Shown here piece by piece: positions 15,918 through 25,881 of a stretch of 28,940 bases of DNA. The notes beneath the pieces are model-generated. The model was not told where the DNA came from and did no database searches. It saw only the letters and a list, made by a program, of their open reading frames with translations. The position numbers and the translations under genes are program-made. The stretch is from IMG/VR virus record IMGVR_UViG_3300021963_000507, positions 1 through 28,940 of that record; one strand, 5' to 3'. This DNA comes from a virus (Duplodnaviria; Caudoviricetes). The stretch's first letter is position 1. Each line of letters starts with the position of its first letter.

Positions 15918-18826
15918 TGCCATATAACTTTGAAGCAACCTTTGTTCAGCCTTTATTGCTACAACTAGATAACGGAGTTATCAAGGGGGCTGACTCATGG
16001 GCAGATGCTATCACAAAGGCTTATATAACAACAATTAAAGCAGGACTTCCGCAAGGAACACCTCCAACGCTTCCAGCACCTGGATTAAACCCAACCGCTC
16101 CACCTCCCTATCCGCTAGGAGTTTCTGGATTCATTACAGCTGATTCTCGCAGTCGAGCTTTTTATACATTAGTGAGAGCTTATTTTTTAGCTAAGGAGGT
16201 TAGTTTAGATAAAGGATCAATTGAGAGTCTGGTTCAATCTGTTAAGCAGCTTATACAAAAACTCAAAGTACGTACAGCAAAAGTTAAGAGTTTACTTGAA
16301 AGAATTAAACAAGTTCAACAGCAGCTTATAGAACTTCCAGGTTTGATAGTTGATATCGTTGCTGGTATAAAGGAGGAGGTAAAAAATCTCATCGAGGAGG
16401 TAAAGGGTATTTTTTCCAGCGTATTTGATGAAATACAGAATAATCTAAGTCCAGCTGACTTTGCTGATGTGTTTAAAGAGGAGATAAACTTATTTGAGAG
16501 TATCAAAAAGTTTGATCCAACAAACGTCGCTGGGTTGCGTGATATTGCTTTATTTGTTTCTGAGTACGGAAAGCGCACTACTAATTTACTTGCGTCTGGT
16601 ACTAGTGAGCAGCTTTTGAAAAAATACTTTCGCGATCGTATTTTTGGTATAGCTAAGACGTTTATTGAATTTGCTAATGGTGTAATTGATCCTAGTAAAA
16701 TTCTTGATCTTATGAGTCAGCTAGCTAGTAAGCAACCACGACTACAAAAACTTGTAGATCAAATTAAGCGCTTTGATTTGTTTGTACGTTTTGTGCAACC
16801 TCAACTTAAAAAACTAAAAAAGCGTAAGGATGATTTGGTTAAACAGATTAGAGAAATGTTGCAACCAAAGATTGTAGAGTTACAAAAAAAACTAGCCCAA
16901 AAACAAGCTGAATTAGTTAAAAAGCTTAAAGATAGTAAGGCTGCAAGTTTATATGCCTCTGCGGCAAAAAAAATAAATGCCCTAAAGCAAAAGAACGAGA
17001 AGAAGATAAAAAAATCAAGAACGAAGGTACAGCAACTTACAAAAGCTTACAAACTAAGCCGAGATATAATTGGTAGAGTTACTACATTAATTGAGGGTGT
17101 AAAGCAGGAGTTTGTAACTATGTCTGATGAGATTAAGTCTATGCAAAAAAGTGTAGAACAAACTTTCAATCAAAATACAAGCTTTGATTCAATTGATACA
17201 ATTCAACCAGGACCTGGACCATTGTCAGTTGATGATCTTAAAGCCGAACTCATAAAGGTACGCGGTTATGTAGATAGTCTTGGGTTGGGAGAATTCGGAG
17301 AAGCCGCTGCTTTAGTTATGACACAAGCAAAGTGTAACTTTCAAACCTTCAAGTTATTCTTTGAAAAGAGAAACTTGAAGATAAAACAATATGTTCTTGA
17401 GATTGAAATGCTAGAGTCTTTAATTAGAAGTCTAATAAACACAATTCAAGAAATTCGATCTGGCAAGAAGCGTGCTAATGAGAATAAAAGTATCGCGAGC
17501 AAATGGTTAGCTGATCGTATAAAATCACTCAAAGATTTGCTCAATCGGCTTGTCATTAAGATAAGACCATTAGTAAGAAAGGTATCAAAATTCATTAAGG
17601 ATCAAATTGAAAAGGTAAAGGATTTTATCAAAAAAGATCTCAAGAAGTTTCAAGAGGATCTGAAAGTATTTGCAATCAACCTAATACCAATAAAGAGTGA
17701 TGTGCAGGACGTTAAGGATAAGAAAGCTGCAGCTGAGGATAAGATGAGAAAGATTCGTGATAAAATCAATCAAGTCAAAAAACTAATTGAACTAGGAAAG
17801 TATACGGCAGATGCTGTCAGAGGATTGGCTGGTTTAATATCGAGTGTAGCAACCGGAAACTACAAGTTCTCAGAAAATCTAAATCACATCAATAAACTGT
17901 TAGATGGAGTTTACAATATCAGAGGTTTTGATCAAAGTGCTGCGGTAAAAACCAGTCTACAAAAGGAAAAGCAAAAAGTCCGTCAACAATTTAAAATGAT
18001 GCTTGTTGTAGAAGCGTTGGTTATTGGTATAATTGAGACTGTTAAAGATATCAAAGAAACAGACTTTAAAAAAGAGCTACAAGAAACTCTTGACAAACTA
18101 TCAAATAACTATCCTGGTAAACAAACACTACAGACTATAGCTGGTTTAGCTGATAATCCACCAAAAAGCCTAAATGAGATCAAAAGCGTTTTAGATCAAC
18201 TAGCCACTGGTGCACTGATGGATGCTAGCGTTATTAACAATTTGATTAGTTTGGAACGAAAGTACCTGCGTAAAAGTAGGGAGTTGGTTAAAGTGCTTTG
18301 CGATGTAAAAAAATTAGAAGGAACTGCTGCAGAAAAAAAGTTGCTTAAAATCAAAACTTACTTAGATAAAGATCAATCGTTTTTAGCTATTGCATTTGAT
18401 ATGTTAGCTGATGAATTAAAGCAGTTTCAAAAATTCATAGCTAAAAAGTTTAAAAAAGTAGTTGATGATGTTAAGAAAAAAATAGCAGCAAAAAGGACTA
18501 AGATTGAAGCTCGAGCTGAGCTTGAATTAAAAAAGATAGCAGAAAAGAAAATTAATCCAGATGCAGCAATTATGTCTATTATGTTTGGGTTAGCAGCTCG
18601 TGCTTTTTGGACTGGAGCTACTTGGACTGGTCCAACTGGTACAAACCATATTACACTTAATATAGGCATCTTTAAACAGATAAAAGCTAGATCAACCGAT
18701 GGAGCATCGGCTATGATACGACAAATGGCAAAAAGTTTTGAGACTCAGTTGACGGCTATGAGTGGCTTAGTTATCCCACCAGCAAATACTGGAATCCCAC
18801 CCGTACCATTCTCAGGGTACAAATAA
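15917..18826 (+). CDS. Large coiled-coil protein with Pro/Gly-rich termini (tail/baseplate associated)
   Basis: 969 aa, Lys/Leu-rich helical body. Ends PPTLPAPGLNPTAPPPYP and FWTGATW...PPVPFSGYK. Confidence 0.7.
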   Translation: MPYNFEATFVQPLLLQLDNGVIKGADSWADAITKAYITTIKAGLPQGTPPTLPAPGLNPTAPPPYPLGVSGFITADSRSRAFYTLVRAYFLAKEVSLDKGSIESLVQSVKQLIQKLKVRTAKVKSLLERIKQVQQQLIELPGLIVDIVAGIKEEVKNLIEEVKGIFSSVFDEIQNNLSPADFADVFKEEINLFESIKKFDPTNVAGLRDIALFVSEYGKRTTNLLASGTSEQLLKKYFRDRIFGIAKTFIEFANGVIDPSKILDLMSQLASKQPRLQKLVDQIKRFDLFVRFVQPQLKKLKKRKDDLVKQIREMLQPKIVELQKKLAQKQAELVKKLKDSKAASLYASAAKKINALKQKNEKKIKKSRTKVQQLTKAYKLSRDIIGRVTTLIEGVKQEFVTMSDEIKSMQKSVEQTFNQNTSFDSIDTIQPGPGPLSVDDLKAELIKVRGYVDSLGLGEFGEAAALVMTQAKCNFQTFKLFFEKRNLKIKQYVLEIEMLESLIRSLINTIQEIRSGKKRANENKSIASKWLADRIKSLKDLLNRLVIKIRPLVRKVSKFIKDQIEKVKDFIKKDLKKFQEDLKVFAINLIPIKSDVQDVKDKKAAAEDKMRKIRDKINQVKKLIELGKYTADAVRGLAGLISSVATGNYKFSENLNHINKLLDGVYNIRGFDQSAAVKTSLQKEKQKVRQQFKMMLVVEALVIGIIETVKDIKETDFKKELQETLDKLSNNYPGKQTLQTIAGLADNPPKSLNEIKSVLDQLATGALMDASVINNLISLERKYLRKSRELVKVLCDVKKLEGTAAEKKLLKIKTYLDKDQSFLAIAFDMLADELKQFQKFIAKKFKKVVDDVKKKIAAKRTKIEARAELELKKIAEKKINPDAAIMSIMFGLAARAFWTGATWTGPTGTNHITLNIGIFKQIKARSTDGASAMIRQMAKSFETQLTAMSGLVIPPANTGIPPVPFSGYK

Positions 18827-18835
18827 AATCTTAAC

Positions 18836-18851
18836 TATTTATATAAAAACA
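18836..18851 (+). promoter_or_regulatory. Putative late promoter
   Basis: TATTTATATAAAAACA, identical to 28299-28314. Confidence 0.65.
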
Positions 18852-18853
18852 AC

Positions 18854-19321
18854 ATGAAAGGAACCGAGTTTATTAATTTAATGCGAAAAGTAATTCGCGA
18901 AGAGGTGAGGGCTGTTGTAAAAGAGGAGCTTAAATCATTTAAGCCCGTTATTGTTGAATCAAAACAACAATCAGTTACAAAATTGGAAGCACCAAAAAGA
19001 AAGGCAGTGCAACCAGAACCCTTAATAAAAAGACAAACACCTGTGTTTAAAGGACCGTTAGCAGATATACTGCAGGAGACTTACACAGCAATGCAAAATG
19101 AACCACCAGTAGAAGATCCAGAGGCAGCTTGGCCTGATATGAATGGTGGTGTTGTTACAATGGATAATATGCCAGGAGGGATGGGTATGTCAATGGCAGC
19201 AATGATGGATGATGATTTTGGATCAAAACTCAATCCACCAAGCTCAAATACGCCACCAATCATGCGTGATTATTCTGCGCTATTAAAAAAAGCTGACGAC
19301 ATTGCAAATAACAAACGATAA
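18854..19321 (+). CDS. Hypothetical late protein
   Basis: N-terminal LMRKVIREEVRAVVKEEL helix, low-complexity middle, RDYSALLKK end. Confidence 0.75.
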   Translation: MKGTEFINLMRKVIREEVRAVVKEELKSFKPVIVESKQQSVTKLEAPKRKAVQPEPLIKRQTPVFKGPLADILQETYTAMQNEPPVEDPEAAWPDMNGGVVTMDNMPGGMGMSMAAMMDDDFGSKLNPPSSNTPPIMRDYSALLKKADDIANNKR

Positions 19322-19749
19322 TGGCTATTGAAATTAAAGTACATCCGCTAGACTTCGAACCTAATATTGCTATTGGGGTTGATCTGCCTATGATGGCTGG
19401 AGCTGGTGCTGCTTTTAAACTGAACTACACTACTCTAGATCAGGCAGTAGCTAATGCAAAAAATCTTTTACTAACAAATAAGGGTGAGAGAATAATGCAA
19501 CCTGAACTTGGTTGTGACTTACGAAACTTCCTTTTTCAGAATATTACAGAACAAACCTTAATAGATATAGAGAACTCAATTCGAAGTAGTTTTGAATATT
19601 GGTTGCCGTACATATTTATTAATGATCTGCAGGTAGCACCTAGCGAAGATAATAACCGAATCAGTATTTCTCTTAGCATTAGTTTAGAGGGTAATAAATT
19701 TGATACAAGGTCTATTCAGTTAGAGCTACAAGTAAATAACGCATCATAA
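19321..19749 (+). CDS. Baseplate wedge protein, gp25/GPW-like
   Basis: NAKNLLLTNKGERIMQPELGCDL..FLF, WLPYIFI. Confidence 0.9.
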   Translation: MAIEIKVHPLDFEPNIAIGVDLPMMAGAGAAFKLNYTTLDQAVANAKNLLLTNKGERIMQPELGCDLRNFLFQNITEQTLIDIENSIRSSFEYWLPYIFINDLQVAPSEDNNRISISLSISLEGNKFDTRSIQLELQVNNAS

Positions 19750-19750
19750 C

Positions 19751-21643
19751 ATGGCAAATATATCTAAGACAACATCAAAGGATATCCAATATTTTGGTAG
19801 GGATTTTGACTCACTAAAAAAGGGTCTTATTGATTTTGCCAGAATTTACTATCCAAACACATACAACGATTTTAACGAATCGTCTCCTGGTATGATGTTT
19901 GTTGAGATGGCTGCTTATGTTGGCGATGTTCTCAACTACTATATAGATTCACAATTTAAGGAAAACCTATTACTACACGCTACAGAAACTAGAAGCGTAA
20001 TGTCAATAGCTGCTGCTATGGGATACAAACCAAAAATTAGTGTGCCATCTATAGTTGATATTGATGTATTTCAGTTACTACCCCCATCAGGGAGTGGAGC
20101 AAATGTTGTTCCAGATACACGCTATGCTTTACAAATTCAACCGGGTATGCGTACTCGTAGCTCAGTTGGTGCTGTAGAGTTTATGATTCAGAATAAGGTT
20201 GATTTTTCAATCAACAATGTATTTGATCCAACAACATACTCCGTATATAGTATTGATGCCAATGGCGCTCCTAATTATTTCTTAGCTAAGAAGACAGTTA
20301 AAGCAGTGTCAGCTATGCCAACAACTGTTGAAATTCCCATTACTGGCGTAACTAAGTTTTTCAAATTTTTAGTACAAGATACCAACCTAATTGGCATACA
20401 ATCCATTACAGATTCGGACGGGAATCTTTGGTATGAAGTTCCTTATCTAGCTCAGGATACTATATTTGAGAGAGTAGAAAACACAGCTTTTAATGATCCT
20501 GACGCAGCAACCTATAGTGAAGATACACCCTACTTACTAAAACTAAAGAGAGTACCTCGCCGATACATAACACGCGTAACTGAAGATGGTATTGAAGTTC
20601 AGTTTGGTTCTGGAGTTAGTTCATCACCAGACGAAGAGTTATTAGCAACTCCTGAGAATATAGGATTATCTCTTCCAACTGGAAAAGAGGATATAGATTG
20701 GTCAGTTGATCCTGCAGCACCTGTGTTTACTGGTGCCTATGGTGTAGTACCATCAAACACTACGTTAACAGTGACATATCTAGTAGGTGGTGGAATTTCT
20801 TCTAACGTACCGAGCAATACTATTACAGAGGTTATTGGTATTGATACGACTGGTACAAACTTACCATCAGCAAACCCAACACTAAACACAACTATACTCA
20901 ACTCAATTGCGATTAATAATCCAACTGCAGCAGCAGGTGGAAGAAGTGCTGAGAGCTTAGAGGAGATCCGTCAAAATGCGATTGCGCAATTAGCATCTCA
21001 AAATAGAGCAGTAACTAAGGAAGATTATATTGTAAGAGCTTATGCAATGCCAAATGCTTATGGTAGTGTATCTAAAGTATTCATAACACCCGACGAACAG
21101 AATAACATCGAATCGTCAGAAGTAAATGATAAGGTTGCGAATCCATTAGCATTGAATATGTATGTGCTGGCTTATGATAATAACAAAAATCTAACCACAG
21201 CTAACAGAGCAATAAAAGAAAATCTTCGTACATATCTGAGTCAGTATAGAATGCTTACAGATAGTATTAATATACGAGATGGTTATGTTATTAACATCGG
21301 CGTTGATTTTGATGTTATACCATTACCAAATTACAACGCTAATGAGGTTATCTTAAATTGTGTGAGTGCATTAAAAGACTTCTTTAACATAGATAAATGG
21401 CAAATAAACCAACCACTAGTTTATAGTGATGTATTTAACGAATTGCTAAAGGTGAATGGTGTTCAAACTGTAACAAGTGTAAAGTTCAAAAACCTAAATG
21501 ATGAGCTTAGTGGTTATAGTACTGTTGTTTATGACTTATCAGAAGCGACTCGTAATGGTATAGTGTATCCAAGTTTAGATCCAGCTATTTTTGAAATAAA
21601 GTACCCAAACAACGATATTAGAGGACGTATTGTAACATTCTAA
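19751..21643 (+). CDS. Baseplate wedge subunit, T4 gp6/baseplate J-like
   Basis: DFDSLK..L, DFNESSPG...EM.AYVGDVL.YY.D, GYKP, QFGSG, GG...ESLEEIR, QNRAVTKEDY. Confidence 0.9.
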   Translation: MANISKTTSKDIQYFGRDFDSLKKGLIDFARIYYPNTYNDFNESSPGMMFVEMAAYVGDVLNYYIDSQFKENLLLHATETRSVMSIAAAMGYKPKISVPSIVDIDVFQLLPPSGSGANVVPDTRYALQIQPGMRTRSSVGAVEFMIQNKVDFSINNVFDPTTYSVYSIDANGAPNYFLAKKTVKAVSAMPTTVEIPITGVTKFFKFLVQDTNLIGIQSITDSDGNLWYEVPYLAQDTIFERVENTAFNDPDAATYSEDTPYLLKLKRVPRRYITRVTEDGIEVQFGSGVSSSPDEELLATPENIGLSLPTGKEDIDWSVDPAAPVFTGAYGVVPSNTTLTVTYLVGGGISSNVPSNTITEVIGIDTTGTNLPSANPTLNTTILNSIAINNPTAAAGGRSAESLEEIRQNAIAQLASQNRAVTKEDYIVRAYAMPNAYGSVSKVFITPDEQNNIESSEVNDKVANPLALNMYVLAYDNNKNLTTANRAIKENLRTYLSQYRMLTDSINIRDGYVINIGVDFDVIPLPNYNANEVILNCVSALKDFFNIDKWQINQPLVYSDVFNELLKVNGVQTVTSVKFKNLNDELSGYSTVVYDLSEATRNGIVYPSLDPAIFEIKYPNNDIRGRIVTF

Positions 21644-21645
21644 AT

Positions 21646-22740
21646 ATGATTTTAAGATTTTATCCAACCAAAGACGCTACAATATACGAGCAGTATCCCG
21701 AAAGGAATACTGGCTTGGATGCTATGCTTGAAATCAAAAAAACCTTAGTTGGTAGTTCAAGCTACAATTCCAGAATACTATTGGATTTTGATTATTCTAG
21801 CATGTCTGCTAGTATTGCATCTTTAGGATACAATCCAAACCAATTTCAATATTCATTAAAATTATATACATCAGACGCTAACGAAATACCATCTAACTAC
21901 ACGTTATACGCTTATCCTGTGAGCGGTAGTTGGAATATGGGTATTGGTCGTTACGGAAACAGTCCAGAAACTAAAGTTGGTGTAAGTTGGTACTACAAAC
22001 AAACAGCAGATGATGTTGCCACATCATGGTCAACAGCATCTTTTGCAGCAACGGCAACTGCATCATGGCTCTCTGCTCCAGGTGGTGGCACTTGGTATAC
22101 ATCAAGTGTTGCATCACAATCGTTTAGCTACACTACGTCCGATGTTGATATGGATATCACTTCTATTGTTAGGAAGGTGCAATCAGGATCCTTGGACTTT
22201 AATGGTCTTATCATCAAGAAGAGTGATACAGATGAGTCATCTGCAAACATATTCAATAGCATCAAATTTTTTAGTAAGGATACACACACAATATACTTAC
22301 CAGTTATTGAAGCAAAGTATGATGATAGTATTAGTTTAGGTACTCTATCTGCAGTAAATGTTAACGAAGAAATCACTATAACGCCAATTGACTTAAAACC
22401 ATCATACGCAGAATCGTCAACACCAAGAATAAGATTCTCAGCACGATCAAGATATCCAGTAGCTACATTTGCTACATCTTCAGATTATCTTACGAGATAT
22501 AGATTACCAGCTGGAACTCAATATGCTGTCTACAGCGCTCATAACGATGATGTTGTTATTGACTTTAGCAATTACACCAAGATAAGTGATGATGCTACTA
22601 GTAACTTCGTAAAATTACACTTGGACAGCTTTCAACCAGAAAGATATTATAGATTGGTGTTGAGAGTTCCTAACTCAGGATCTTATGCATCTTATGATGT
22701 ATACGATGATAAGTGGATTTTTAAAGTTACTAGAAACTAA
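21646..22740 (+). CDS. Virion structural protein (DNRLRE-like beta-sandwich)
   Basis: KDATIYE...NTG...SRILLDFD...LKLY...W.MG.G...DITSIV...GLIIK pattern. Follows gp6. Confidence 0.55.
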   Translation: MILRFYPTKDATIYEQYPERNTGLDAMLEIKKTLVGSSSYNSRILLDFDYSSMSASIASLGYNPNQFQYSLKLYTSDANEIPSNYTLYAYPVSGSWNMGIGRYGNSPETKVGVSWYYKQTADDVATSWSTASFAATATASWLSAPGGGTWYTSSVASQSFSYTTSDVDMDITSIVRKVQSGSLDFNGLIIKKSDTDESSANIFNSIKFFSKDTHTIYLPVIEAKYDDSISLGTLSAVNVNEEITITPIDLKPSYAESSTPRIRFSARSRYPVATFATSSDYLTRYRLPAGTQYAVYSAHNDDVVIDFSNYTKISDDATSNFVKLHLDSFQPERYYRLVLRVPNSGSYASYDVYDDKWIFKVTRN

Positions 22741-25700
22741 TGAGATTTCCAGATCAGTCATTAATAGGAGATTTGAGTGATGGCGTTACATCGAAAACGT
22801 CAGCAAGCATATCGATACTCGCTACTTCAAGTTTAGACGAGAATCAAACAACCTATGACCTATTACCAACAATCATTAATAGGCCTCCGGTTATAGTGGA
22901 GCCAATTGAGCTAGCTTCTACGCCACAAATTAAACCTTATGAAACAGCTGACGCTAGTGGTAAGTATTTATATTACTTTCCAGACGGTACTGTTAAGATT
23001 AACTTAGGAGCAAAGATTACATTAGCTGTTAAGGCAGAGCAACCACAAGTATTAAATGTTGAAAATGGAATATTGACGATGGTTAAGCCATCTGTTGGAT
23101 TGACTTACATTTGGAGAAAGAATGGTGTTATGCTCAACTCAGATCAATCTTTTTCACTACAGTCTAAAGTAACTGTATCAGGTAATAGTGTTACGTTTGA
23201 TAATATGCAACCATCAGACGCTGGAACTTATGTTTGTGAGATTAGTAATGATATAGGAACAGTTACCACGGAGCCAGTGGTGATAGAGGTATTAAATCTT
23301 GATTTTGATGCTTTATTTTATAGAAACCTAATAAACAATCCATATGGTGCAAATGGGACAGATGGTTGGCAAGTTAATAATGACGACTTAACAACTAAGA
23401 CTCTTACCAAAATACCGTCAACATATTTAACAAGACCAGATAGACCGGATTTATTTGGTTACACAATGGATACGTTACATCCAAGACCTTATCAGTTGGA
23501 TACCGGTGTTATTCAAGGTTTTGATATGACTAAAGAATTTCTCAAAGATAATGCCTCATACTTTACGAGAACACGTTACAAGTTCTTAAAGAGAGGTGGT
23601 TCTTTTTTAGTAAGAGCTTACCAGGATATCGATCTATCTGATATAGTGTGGTTAACTAAGGGTGGTGTTTTTGGTGTTGAGGGTGTTAGAGCTATATTCA
23701 GTTGTTATATTGGAAATGCCTTAACATCGTTTATGCCAGTACAAGAGTTGGTAGATCCTAAAAATAGAAGATTGCCTCAGAACTATGTTCTAAATAAGCC
23801 TAGGATTAGTAAGGAGAATTTTCTGTTAGCAGGGCCATCGCACGGTGTACAAGAGCATGTTTATGTTTCATTAGAGGAATATGATAATGAGACTAGGTTA
23901 GCTAGTCATATTTTGCAAAAAGACGGTTCGGTAAAAAAACAAGAGAATAGAATAACATTAGCAGATCCATGGACAAGTAGATTGTGGAAATATTGGGGTC
24001 AAAGATATTATGATAAAGATATCTATGGACTTGGTGAATTGTCTAGTGGGGATGGTAGAGATGCCGTACTATTTGTTGCTGATGAATTGTATCCAGATGA
24101 GAATGTGCGATACACGTACGGTCAGTATGCTGAATTTAATAAGGTTGTGTTAGATAGATTGAATCCAAATACAACAAAGATCAGAGTAACTATAAATTTT
24201 CAAACTTCAGATTGGAGAATATTTGAACAATGGAAAGAGGGTTTTGAAAATAGTGAAGAAGTCTTTGAGTTTGTTAGTTGGGAAAGTCCTTATGAAAGAA
24301 ATCGCTGGACAAAACCACAACTTGATTGGGGTAAAACTATTGGTAGACAAATCATGAATTTACCTGGTAATGAAGAAAAAGGTGTAAAAGTGTTACCAAC
24401 CTCACCGGATCCGAGAGGATTTGTGTCAGCGGTTAATGTGACATTATTGCCAGTATTAACTCAACAAAAACTAAGTACAGAATATTACACAAATACGTCG
24501 CTTGTAAAAAATAATACTCCAGCATCTATAGTAGAATCTGGATTATTAAAAAGTAGACCGTACGATCCATATGGATTATCATCTAAAAAATTATTATTTA
24601 CATTTGATACTATTTCAGATGGTAAATTGACAATAAATGACTTAGGTGTAATTGAGACAAAAGACACAATAAAGATAGGTTTAAAAATACAACAAAAAGA
24701 TAGCCAAACAAATCAGGAGGTTATTAAGAACTTAGGAATTGATCCTATTCGCATTTTACCGGTACTACCAAATTCAATGGTTACTGTAGAAAGTTTACCA
24801 GACTTTGTGCAAGAGGGTTCAGCTTTGAATATTACTTTTAACGACTATGTTAGATATCGCTTTGTTGATAGTTATGAGTCGTCAAAGGAGAAGGGTGTTA
24901 TTGTTAGTGGAGTTGCGTCAGCAAACTACGAAACTATAGCTCGAGAGATGAAAGATGCTGGATTTACCGTTTCTAATATTACAAATAGAATACCGGAACA
25001 GGGTAACGATTTACCAACGTTGTGGAAAAATAAAATAAGATTACAGCTATTTTTTGGATTGAAAGGGTCAGAAATAACACAAACTAAACTATCACCATCA
25101 AAGATAGACAAAGCTGATGAAAATCGTGTTGAAAGGTTGCAGAGTTACTATCTTGATGTTGACTTTTCTGGTCCAGAATCAAAAGTAACATTATCAAGAC
25201 CTTCCGATCAAAACCTATATCCAGGATTTGGATCCGGTACTTATGAACTCGAGCATAGTATTGATCCTTATGGTAATTTGTTGTGCAATATTCCGTCACA
25301 AATGAAGTTTTCTATGGCACCAGGTTTAGGTTTTTCTAGATTGAAAGGTGAACCTATTGTGATAACCGATACACCTAAAAATTGCCTAAAAGCATTACAC
25401 GCTAACATAGGTCAATACGTTAGAGGTTCGTATAAAACAAATGCATATTTTAATGCTTTAGCAGATAGCATTTTGCAGATTGTGAAAGAAGATACTGATC
25501 AAACAACTATCATGGAAGGTAAGACTGCTAAGGAACAGTACCTGACAGCTTTATCGAATTACGCTAACGATGTTAATGCAATACCACCTGCAAAACATAA
25601 CGCTGTAGATGAAACCTATGAAGCAAGCTTAACTATCGATCTTAATGATGAGGCATTTACAGGATTGTTACCAACTGTAGATAAGCCACCGCATCTAAGT

Positions 25701-25850
25701 AATCTTAAAAAACCAGGTGCATTGTTAGAGCTAATAGCTGTATACAATCCATCGAATGTTCAAGACGGTGTTACTGTCGGAACACCATCGTATTTTGTCG
25801 ATGAAAACGGTCTCAGTTATACTGTAGGATACGCTGCTCTTCCTGAGTAA
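22740..25850 (+). CDS. Large virion protein: Ig-like domain plus carbohydrate-binding-like (FBA/galactose-binding) domain
   Basis: Ig motifs YIWRKNG and DAGTYVCEISN..G, then RNLINNPYG..GTDGW, YQDIDL, TTKIRVTINF. Confidence 0.65.
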   Translation: MRFPDQSLIGDLSDGVTSKTSASISILATSSLDENQTTYDLLPTIINRPPVIVEPIELASTPQIKPYETADASGKYLYYFPDGTVKINLGAKITLAVKAEQPQVLNVENGILTMVKPSVGLTYIWRKNGVMLNSDQSFSLQSKVTVSGNSVTFDNMQPSDAGTYVCEISNDIGTVTTEPVVIEVLNLDFDALFYRNLINNPYGANGTDGWQVNNDDLTTKTLTKIPSTYLTRPDRPDLFGYTMDTLHPRPYQLDTGVIQGFDMTKEFLKDNASYFTRTRYKFLKRGGSFLVRAYQDIDLSDIVWLTKGGVFGVEGVRAIFSCYIGNALTSFMPVQELVDPKNRRLPQNYVLNKPRISKENFLLAGPSHGVQEHVYVSLEEYDNETRLASHILQKDGSVKKQENRITLADPWTSRLWKYWGQRYYDKDIYGLGELSSGDGRDAVLFVADELYPDENVRYTYGQYAEFNKVVLDRLNPNTTKIRVTINFQTSDWRIFEQWKEGFENSEEVFEFVSWESPYERNRWTKPQLDWGKTIGRQIMNLPGNEEKGVKVLPTSPDPRGFVSAVNVTLLPVLTQQKLSTEYYTNTSLVKNNTPASIVESGLLKSRPYDPYGLSSKKLLFTFDTISDGKLTINDLGVIETKDTIKIGLKIQQKDSQTNQEVIKNLGIDPIRILPVLPNSMVTVESLPDFVQEGSALNITFNDYVRYRFVDSYESSKEKGVIVSGVASANYETIAREMKDAGFTVSNITNRIPEQGNDLPTLWKNKIRLQLFFGLKGSEITQTKLSPSKIDKADENRVERLQSYYLDVDFSGPESKVTLSRPSDQNLYPGFGSGTYELEHSIDPYGNLLCNIPSQMKFSMAPGLGFSRLKGEPIVITDTPKNCLKALHANIGQYVRGSYKTNAYFNALADSILQIVKEDTDQTTIMEGKTAKEQYLTALSNYANDVNAIPPAKHNAVDETYEASLTIDLNDEAFTGLLPTVDKPPHLSNLKKPGALLELIAVYNPSNVQDGVTVGTPSYFVDENGLSYTVGYAALPE

Positions 25851-25863
25851 TTTATACTTCTAA

Positions 25864-25878
25864 TATTTATTAGAAACA
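25864..25878 (+). promoter_or_regulatory. Putative late promoter
   Basis: TATTTATTAGAAACA, 3 nt before ATG 25882. Confidence 0.65.
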
Positions 25879-25881
25879 GCT

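Noticed and set aside
11774-21643. Bacterial T6SS or extracellular contractile injection system instead of a phage
   Set aside because: The T4-like gp6, endolysins, sigma-like gene, tmRNA/tRNA island and many small orphan genes fit a phage. No T6SS membrane complex or ATPase genes are present.
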